Shown here piece after piece: positions 26,280 through 32,000 of a stretch of 32,000 nucleotides of DNA (position 1 is the stretch's first letter; every line of letters begins with the position of its first letter). Source of the DNA: Balneolaceae bacterium (GTDB lineage Bacteria > Bacteroidota > Rhodothermia > Balneolales > Balneolaceae); the NCBI GenBank assembly GCA_007134695.1, contig SLKI01000048.1, forward strand, positions 26,878 to 58,877. Reading direction: 5' to 3'. The notes under the pieces were generated by a model, which worked only from the letters and a program-made list of their open reading frames with translations, searched no databases and was not told the origin of the DNA. A program made the position numbers and the translations under genes.

Positions 26280-26741
26280 ATGCTCAATCACACTTTAAAT
26301 ACCACAAGTCTCCCTCATCAGTCGGTCGAAGAGGTGCAAACACTTGCCGGATTCGATCCGGAACAGCCAAAGACCAAACAGGATTACAATAATACGTCGG
26401 AAGAGGAAGGGACCGGAAAGCAGAAATCAAACGGAGAGAATGACCATATGCCGAAACCTTGTCAAGAAAAGGTTCGGGACAGGAACCCCTATCTGTTGAT
26501 CCAGCAGATAAACCAGAAGAATTATGCCGAATTAAACACAGAGTTCTACATCAAAGGACATCCGGGAATTCTGCAACTGGTTTGGTATATCCGGAATAAG
26601 CGGGGACTAAACAGGCTGCTTTCTTATCCGATGGTATATGCTGAAAACCACAAATTCCCCGAATTCAGAAATGAGTCCTATAATATTCAGGTCGAACTGT
26701 TCGGAAAGTTTAAAGAGAGAAAATTCAGATATCTAACCTGA
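26280..26741 (+). CDS. Hypothetical protein, 153 aa (polar, probably disordered N-terminal half; no motif recognised)
   Basis: ORF track only. The first 60 or so residues are rich in Q/E/K/N/T with no signal peptide or TM. The C-terminal half (NPYLLIQQINQKNYAELNTEFYIKGHPGILQLVWYIRNKRGLNRLLSYPMVYAENHKF) matches nothing I recognise. It is preceded by a sigma-28-type promoter. Confidence 0.55.
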   Translation: MLNHTLNTTSLPHQSVEEVQTLAGFDPEQPKTKQDYNNTSEEEGTGKQKSNGENDHMPKPCQEKVRDRNPYLLIQQINQKNYAELNTEFYIKGHPGILQLVWYIRNKRGLNRLLSYPMVYAENHKFPEFRNESYNIQVELFGKFKERKFRYLT

Positions 26742-26768
26742 ATTTGACCACATCAGGTAATGACCTCT

Positions 26769-27584
26769 TCAGATGAACAATTCTTCGGCAGGCAGGCAAA
26801 TTTGGAAATTGAGGTGATCTTTCTCGTTCCAGTCCATCAGCATACGGCCGTCCATCTGTTCGAGACACTGCTTACTCATATCTATTGTCAATACAGAAAT
26901 TGAATTTGCCGGCAGTCCGGCTTCTTTCGTACTCTTCAGGTGACTGTTGTCGTCGAACATTTCAATCAGATGTTTGAATTCCGATCCGGTCATTCGTACA
27001 GCACCGGCTTCGACCTCCAAAACGAATTCATTTTTCCGGTTCGAAAGAGTGATCTCCACTTTATCCCGGGAGGAAAGCTTTAAAGAGATCTTGACCATAT
27101 TGCTGACAATCAGCTTCAACATGGAAAGATCGACCTTGACATAAAGTGGAGAGTTACTCTCATTCAGGGTGATTGCTTCCCGATTAATGAACGGAGATTT
27201 GATCAATCCCGAAATCACCGAATCCACCAGATAGTTTGCCTCAACGATGCAGTCATCATCACTTTCATAACCTGCTTCCCCGTCATCGACCATCTCCTGG
27301 AGCTGCTGAAGGATCAGACCAACTTCTTCAATACCTTTCTCAATTTTTTTACTGTAGTTGTAAAGTGAGACTTGATCATTCTCGCTGTGAAGCCCATCCT
27401 GTAGAAGATCCAGATAACCGGATACTGCACTGATCGGAGTCATCGCATTGTGCATCAGGTGAATCAACGTGGTCTTTTGCAATGCATAAACACTTTTTAA
27501 ACGGGCAAACTTACTTCTTTTATTAAAAAATGGAGGGGCCGATTTTAATGTCGGCGACGAATTATTCATCTTCATCATTCGCAC
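26769..27584 (-). CDS. Sensor-less histidine-kinase-like protein with degenerate ATP-binding motifs (possible pseudokinase, phosphotransferase or phosphatase)
   Basis: 271 aa. The H-box-like segment LIHLMHNAMTPISAVSGYLDLL starts at about residue 40. The catalytic-domain region lacks a clear N-box Asn/His pair and the DxGxG and GxGLGL boxes (VSNMVKISLKL, EVEAGAVRM). It ends ...FQICLP, like the kinase at 14294 (...FTLCLP). The start is GTG at 27584 or ATG at 27578, 27575 or 27569. Confidence 0.6.
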   Translation of the reverse strand: MRMMKMNNSSPTLKSAPPFFNKRSKFARLKSVYALQKTTLIHLMHNAMTPISAVSGYLDLLQDGLHSENDQVSLYNYSKKIEKGIEEVGLILQQLQEMVDDGEAGYESDDDCIVEANYLVDSVISGLIKSPFINREAITLNESNSPLYVKVDLSMLKLIVSNMVKISLKLSSRDKVEITLSNRKNEFVLEVEAGAVRMTGSEFKHLIEMFDDNSHLKSTKEAGLPANSISVLTIDMSKQCLEQMDGRMLMDWNEKDHLNFQICLPAEELFI

Positions 27585-27818
27585 AGATTCATTAGGATTT
27601 CAGATGCCCTTCCCCTATACCAACGTCTTCTTACCTGAAGACTTCTAAAGCGACATCCGTTTTACTGAGAACTCTGAACCGTAAAGCCGGACGACATGAG
27701 CCAAAAACATGGCGGCCGGTATTTTAGGAAAGTTGATTGCTTTCCCCTCTGAGAAAAAGAGTATTAAAAATTTCTAACATTAGAAAATCTTAATGTTCAG
27801 AATTTCGAAGCCCCTTTT

Positions 27819-27847
27819 TTAATATCTGGTTTACCCGCACAGGTCAA
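27819..27847 (-). promoter_or_regulatory. Possible sigma-70-type promoter TTGACC-N17-TATTAA
   Basis: The minus strand reads TTGACC(27847..27842)-17 nt-TATTAA(27824..27819). It would give a leader of about 230 nt to the kinase-like gene. It is a single occurrence with no support beyond the consensus match. Confidence 0.3.
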
Positions 27848-28037
27848 AAACGAGACTTAAAACAGAATTGTTTTTACTTGTTTTATTGAATTGTCGTGTA
27901 AACTATCTCTTTATCCTTTACTCTAAAAGGAGGAACTCCTTGCTTATAGACAGAAGAAAAAAAATCAATGTTCATGTCGATTTTTGTGCGCGCCATGGAA
28001 CGAATGATTCCATTCACATTACGAATCCTGTTTTTCA

Positions 28038-28442
28038 TCAGAACAACAGAGAGACCAGGAGTGCCGAGAAAGCGAAAACCATCGAAACTCCGGCCATCAG
28101 GTAAGCGTACTTATATGTCTTCTCTTTCTCTTTCAAATCCGCAAGTACGGAAGCGACCAGCGGAAAGTTCACGCTCAATCCTTCAAATTTCATCGATGAG
28201 AAAAATGTAACCGTATCACCATTTTCATTTTTATAACTGTACTTTTTATTGAAGTGATAATAGAGTCTGCCGAAAATCATATCCTCCTCCACTCCACATA
28301 CCTCGGCAATCTCATTGATGTCGATGGGTACTCTGATCCTGGTAATTCGATCCGGTTCATCTTTTGCATAGGATCGAAATGTATCGTGATATCGGTTGTA
28401 GATTTCGGTCAATATTTCCAGATCTGTCGGAATTTTCTTCAT
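28038..28442 (-). CDS. Hypothetical tail-anchored membrane protein, 134 aa
   Basis: ORF track. A soluble N-terminal region of about 105 aa (MKKIPTDLEILTEIYNRYHDTFRSYAKDEPDRITRIRVPIDINEIAEVCG...) is followed by a single C-terminal TM helix (AYLMAGVSMVFAFSALLVSLLF). I recognise no family. A relaxed sigma-28-type promoter lies upstream. Confidence 0.55.
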   Translation of the reverse strand: MKKIPTDLEILTEIYNRYHDTFRSYAKDEPDRITRIRVPIDINEIAEVCGVEEDMIFGRLYYHFNKKYSYKNENGDTVTFFSSMKFEGLSVNFPLVASVLADLKEKEKTYKYAYLMAGVSMVFAFSALLVSLLF

Positions 28443-28548
28443 AACGACGAAGGTCGATCGAGTTTAACTTGTATAGTCTGTTTCGATTCCTGAATTGGGA
28501 AATCGATCCATGATGATTTCTCATATTGAGCAACAGGAATTATCCTTT

Positions 28549-28576
28549 TTATCGGTAGAAATCCAGGCAACATTAA
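28549..28576 (-). promoter_or_regulatory. Relaxed sigma-28-type promoter: TTAA-N16-ACCGATAA
   Basis: The minus strand reads TTAA(28576..28573)-16 nt-ACCGATAA(28556..28549). The -10 is as in P-motA, P-mcp and P-che, with the spacer one nt longer. It lies 107 nt upstream of the ATG at 28442. Confidence 0.5.
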
Positions 28577-28759
28577 TACGCTGGCCTATCGATTACAAAA
28601 CGGTATGACGAATAGGCTATATTACCGTAGTTTGATTTTCATCCACTTTATTGATTTACTTTTCAATCCTGAATGCCAACCTCTGGTTCAAACTGACTAT
28701 CTGATAATCATCAAAATCACCGGATTCACCAGCCGGAATCTTGTCACAAAAAACTCTGA

Positions 28760-30352
28760 ATGGGTACTAAGATCAAAATAATACTGGCTTCCGATCTCGA
28801 TAAAACGTATCAGAAAGTAGAAGAGGTATTGTCAACCACTTCCGGCTATCGGTTTACGTTAACAAATATCCGCAGTGCGAATCGATTAGCTTCCTCGCTG
28901 AAAAACAGTACTCCGGATCTGTTGATCATCTGCGACCGATCTCAGAAAGGTAACAGTTTGCATCAATTGAAAGAGGCCAAGAAGCAGACGTACGGTTTGC
29001 CGGTTTTAATCCTGCTGTCATCTTTTGATTCGTCTGTTGCTCGAAAGTTCATCGAGAATGGTGCAGATGATGTCATTTCCGAAAAAAATCTTCAAAGGTT
29101 GCCGCTGGCAATGGATCTCATATTCAATAAGAGAGGGACGAAACCTGATTTACCGGTAGATCTGCTTGACCATGCTGTTCATGAACTTCGCACCCCGCTT
29201 CATTCGATCTCACTACTTGGTGATCTTTTATCACTCAATAGACAGGGGAACCTGGATCGGGATCAGATAAAGAAAGCAGAAGTGATCCACGAAACCTCCG
29301 AACACTTGCTCGACTTGCTCGAAAACCTGCGGTCAGATAGATCTCCCGAGTGTGTCAAGCCGGATCAGGAGATTGAAGAGATCCACTTAGAGCATTTTTT
29401 GAGAATGATGGAAACCCTTTTTCTTCCTGCAGCACGAAAAAAAGATCTTGAATTGTCGTTTCATCGACACGAAAATCTTGAAAAAACTTTATACACATAC
29501 AGAACTCCGCTTTTTCAAATTTTAAGTAATCTTCTGGGCAACGCTTTAAAGTTTACTCCATCTGGTAAAATCGAAGTTCATACCTTTCATCCGGACTCAG
29601 ACGAATTGAAAGCATCAAGGTTGGAAGCGACAGAGCAGGATATAGATGAGCTTTCCAATCATCAGTTTATCGCTTTTCGCGTGATAGACACCGGAATTGG
29701 AATATCCGCAGACAAACTAAATCGCATCTTCCAGCCCTACCGGCAAGCCGATTTCACAACATCGGTACAGTATGGTGGAAGTGGCCTCGGGCTGGCCATT
29801 TCACATGATCTGGCAGGACAGCTGGGCGGAGACATTAAAGTAAAGAGTCAAGAAGGCAAGGGCAGTTCCTTCACACTCTACCTTCCCGTAAAACCGGAAA
29901 ACGGAACTGCAAAGGCGGCAACCCGAGATTCTTCAAGAGAAGAGATCAGCAGATCGGATGACACTTTTCCGCAATTAGAATCACTCCTGATTGTTGACGA
30001 CAGCGAGTTGCATTGTCAGGCACTGAAAGAGTACTTAAAAGATATAGCCCCTAAAATCTACCAGGCAGACACGGCAAATCGTGCACGTGAACTGATAGAG
30101 AACACCTCGGTAGATATTGTTATCCTGGACCTGACTCTGCCGGATGAAGGGGGTGAGGGTCTGCTAAAAAGTATTAAAAGGAATCCAGCTACCCGGCATA
30201 TTCCTGTCATCATCTACACCGGACAAAACCTGACCCAATATCAGGTTCTTCAACTGGGAAATCTGGCCGAAGATGTGATCTATAAAAGTTCAGGCAGTTA
30301 TCGTAAACTGAAAAAATGTATAGTCCGGATTCGGCAAAATCAACGAATCTGA
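28760..30352 (+). CDS. Hybrid histidine kinase: N-terminal receiver-like domain, HisKA, HATPase_c, C-terminal receiver
   Basis: 530 aa. The canonical H-box is HAVHELRTPLHSI. The ATP-binding motifs are LLGNALKFT, DTGIGIS and GGSGLGLAISHDLAGQLGG. The C-terminal REC contains LLIVDDSELH, IVILDLTLPDEGG and VIIYTG. The N-terminal REC-like domain has ASD in place of the acidic DD pair. Confidence 0.88.
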   Translation: MGTKIKIILASDLDKTYQKVEEVLSTTSGYRFTLTNIRSANRLASSLKNSTPDLLIICDRSQKGNSLHQLKEAKKQTYGLPVLILLSSFDSSVARKFIENGADDVISEKNLQRLPLAMDLIFNKRGTKPDLPVDLLDHAVHELRTPLHSISLLGDLLSLNRQGNLDRDQIKKAEVIHETSEHLLDLLENLRSDRSPECVKPDQEIEEIHLEHFLRMMETLFLPAARKKDLELSFHRHENLEKTLYTYRTPLFQILSNLLGNALKFTPSGKIEVHTFHPDSDELKASRLEATEQDIDELSNHQFIAFRVIDTGIGISADKLNRIFQPYRQADFTTSVQYGGSGLGLAISHDLAGQLGGDIKVKSQEGKGSSFTLYLPVKPENGTAKAATRDSSREEISRSDDTFPQLESLLIVDDSELHCQALKEYLKDIAPKIYQADTANRARELIENTSVDIVILDLTLPDEGGEGLLKSIKRNPATRHIPVIIYTGQNLTQYQVLQLGNLAEDVIYKSSGSYRKLKKCIVRIRQNQRI

Positions 30353-30408
30353 AAGACCAACAAATGTTCACCCTTTAAAGGTGCTCCTATGATATATGGA
30401 TTTTTAAT

Positions 30409-30436
30409 TTAACTTCGACAGTCTTCTGTCCGATAA
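30409..30436 (+). promoter_or_regulatory. Relaxed sigma-28-type promoter: TTAA-N16-TCCGATAA
   Basis: TTAA(30409-30412)-16 nt-TCCGATAA(30429-30436). It lies 79 nt upstream of the likely ATG (30515) of the stand-alone receiver. Confidence 0.4.
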
Positions 30437-30514
30437 TTAGGGATACTACTCCCGGGTCGAGCTGCTGATGAACCCGATAGCACAACCTTGAACCGAGCGA
30501 CAAATACACCAAGA

Positions 30515-30985
30515 ATGATGAGTACTGATCCACCGGGTGCAAAGAAAAGAGTACTGATTGTAGAAGATGATATGGTTCAGCGACTGGTACTGGAAAATAT
30601 GTTACGCCGACTTGATCTAGAAATAGCCGGAAAAGTCTCCAATGGGCAGAGTGCAATTCGTAAAGCTCTTGAACTGAAGCCAGACCTGATCACCATGGAT
30701 ATATTTCTTAAGGATAAAACCGACGGAGTTACGGCTGTCGAAAAAATCCATGAACAACTTACGATCCCGGTTATCTATATAACCGGCAATTCCGATAAAT
30801 TTAATTCCGAGCGATTGCAGAACACAGAGTTTATCGGATATGTCAATAAACCGGTCACATTTCAAAAACTGAAGTCGGTACTTGAAGGAACGATTTTTTT
30901 GAACGGAGGTGACTCCACACAAAATGGAAGTGATTCGGTTCAAAATGGTGTGCATCCTAAAAAAACCGGGACAGAAAATATTTAA
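30515..30985 (+). CDS. Stand-alone receiver-domain response regulator
   Basis: The ORF-track start is TTG at 30488. The in-frame ATG ATG at 30515 gives MMSTDPPGAKKRVLIVEDDMVQRL... with receiver motifs DLITMDIFLKD, VIYITGN and YVNKPV. There is no output domain. Confidence 0.88.
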   Translation: MMSTDPPGAKKRVLIVEDDMVQRLVLENMLRRLDLEIAGKVSNGQSAIRKALELKPDLITMDIFLKDKTDGVTAVEKIHEQLTIPVIYITGNSDKFNSERLQNTEFIGYVNKPVTFQKLKSVLEGTIFLNGGDSTQNGSDSVQNGVHPKKTGTENI

Positions 30986-31005
30986 CAACTGTATTGGCCG
31001 GTGAA

Positions 31006-31021
31006 GGCAAAATCTTTTGCC
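31006..31021 (+). terminator. Small hairpin after the receiver gene (weak terminator candidate)
   Basis: GGCAAAA-tc-TTTTGCC begins 21 nt after the stop and is followed by TAAATT. The stem is short and the U-tract poor. Confidence 0.35.
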
Positions 31022-31244
31022 TAAATTAGAGTTGCAGAAGAGATTAAAAATTTTTAATTATTGTAAGGCATTAGGTTACAATCAACTAGTTGCAGCTCTT
31101 TGCTTTGTTATTTTATCCATTTTTGATATTGGTTTTGTGAGTACCTGGCCTAACATTGTTGGGCAGACAGGATGAGTAAGCGGTATAGTTTATTGACTTT
31201 GGCAGGACCCGTCTATTTACCCGCAATTGGTAAAACTACTGGTT

Positions 31245-32000
31245 ATGATGAACACCCTGCTCTATAACATTTCGATCTTGTTGTTATCATTTCAGGTTTC
31301 CCTGTCAGACTCCCAGTTTGATCCCGATGTTGAACAGGCATTTCCCGATTTACAGTTCGACCTTACCGAAGAACTTTCCCATTTGACGGATACCGAAGAG
31401 ACCGTGGACAGTCTTGTTTCTACCAGTTCGGAGTTGCGTGGAAGTGATATCAGAGAGGCTTATAAGGCCGGGCGCCTGGCTCTCGTATTGGCCGAACAGC
31501 TAAACTACAGAGAAGGGAAATCGGGAGCACACATTACGCTGGGAAATATCTATTCCAATTTCGGGGATTATGAGGTCGCACTGGAACATTATCTGATTGC
31601 AACAGAGATTGAAGAAGATTTGGATAACAGAGAAGCCATTGCCAGTCTTCTGAACAACAAGGGCCTCATCTTTATTGAACAACAGGATTATGAAAAAGCT
31701 TTTGAAAACCTGATGAAGGCTCTCGACATACGCAGAGAGCTCGGTCAGGAAGATGATCTCTATCTGGCAAAAAATAACCTTGGAGTTGTCCATCGCAGGC
31801 AGGGCAACTACAACCAGGCGCTTGAATATTTCAGGGCCGCAGAATATGAATCGATGGAACTGGCCGGTGATACACTTGTACATATGATCGCCACCCTCAA
31901 TATTGGCAATACTTTAAGGAATAAAAAGAATCTGACGGACTCTGAGCCTTATATCAGAAAAGCAGCTCAATATTTTGAGGAGATCGGCCACATCAATTTT
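31245..32000 (+). CDS. TPR-repeat protein, N-terminal part (open to the window end)
   Basis: Absent from the ORF track because it is open-ended. My translation from ATG ATG at 31245 gives MMNTLLYNISILLLSFQVSLS (a signal or TM-like segment). TPR-like repeats follow (AHITLGNIYSNFGDYEVALEHYLIATEI; LLNNKGLIFIEQQDYEKAFENLMKALDI; AKNNLGVVHRRQGNYNQALEYFRAAE). The frame stays open for 252 codons to position 32000. Confidence 0.75.
   Translation, partial: MMNTLLYNISILLLSFQVSLSDSQFDPDVEQAFPDLQFDLTEELSHLTDTEETVDSLVSTSSELRGSDIREAYKAGRLALVLAEQLNYREGKSGAHITLGNIYSNFGDYEVALEHYLIATEIEEDLDNREAIASLLNNKGLIFIEQQDYEKAFENLMKALDIRRELGQEDDLYLAKNNLGVVHRRQGNYNQALEYFRAAEYESMELAGDTLVHMIATLNIGNTLRNKKNLTDSEPYIRKAAQYFEEIGHINF

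Noticed and set aside
27927-28104. Strong AAGGAGG 6 nt before a TTG (27940) that opens a 54-codon basic plus-strand ORF converging on and overlapping the 3' end of the 134-aa gene.
   Set aside because: AAGGAG pairs perfectly with the adjacent CTCCTT (a 6-bp hairpin, 27927-27941). On the minus strand this more plausibly serves as a weak terminator downstream of the 134-aa gene. The ORF has a non-ATG start, no recognisable motif and overlaps a better-supported gene. It is worth checking only if ribosome profiling is available.
31146-31160. Sigma-54-like TGGCCT-aaca-TTGTT upstream of the TPR gene.
   Set aside because: The -12 element does not align (no GC at the required distance) and the -24 element has two mismatches.
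31500-31883. Minus-strand ORF of 127 aa near the right end.
   Set aside because: It lies fully inside the plus-strand frame that stays open from 31245 to the window end and encodes clear TPR-like repeats. The minus-strand translation has no recognisable features.

Overview
The window is almost entirely a flagellar and chemotaxis super-locus, mostly on the minus strand. Coordinates 13836 down to 1 carry a Bacillus/spirochaete-style fla operon: flgB-flgC-fliE-fliF-fliG-fliH-fliI-fliJ-(ylxF/motE-like)-fliK-flgD-flgE-motA-motB-fliL, with fliL running off the window. Coordinates 25845 down to 15395 carry a che cluster: cheY-cheX-cheA-cheR-cheD | cheY-cheX-like-cheB-cheY | mcp | cheW. The right end (26.1-32.0 kb) holds accessory signalling genes and genes of unknown function: a 153-aa unknown, a sensor-less degenerate histidine-kinase-like protein, a 134-aa tail-anchored unknown, a hybrid histidine kinase, a stand-alone receiver and a partial TPR protein. 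A PAS-like cytoplasmic kinase is transcribed divergently from flgB. I found no rRNA, tRNA, CRISPR array, transposase or integrase. The main result from reading the intergenic DNA is a two-tier promoter architecture. A perfect sigma-54 promoter (TGGCAC-N5-TTGCA) precedes flgB. A family of TTAA-N15/16-nCCGATAA (sigma-28/FliA-type) promoters has five exact and four relaxed copies, all intergenic and correctly oriented. These precede motA, cheW, mcp, the che operon, the second che sub-operon, both unknown proteins, the PAS kinase and the orphan receiver. This places the poorly characterised genes at 26-31 kb in the late flagellar regulon, and they are my best candidate for an undescribed motility-linked signalling module. 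Other observations are a direct-repeat array (CCGGTGTTCGAA) in the che leader and a 62-nt nested hairpin between flgE and motA. There is also a 19-bp perfect palindrome ahead of flgE, five in-frame 21-bp repeats in fliK, an apparent 1-nt frameshift at the mcp 5' end, and a CheA with a roughly 295-aa acidic N-terminal extension. Taxon cannot be assigned from the sequence alone. All functional calls rest on motif recognition by eye, and no database search was possible.
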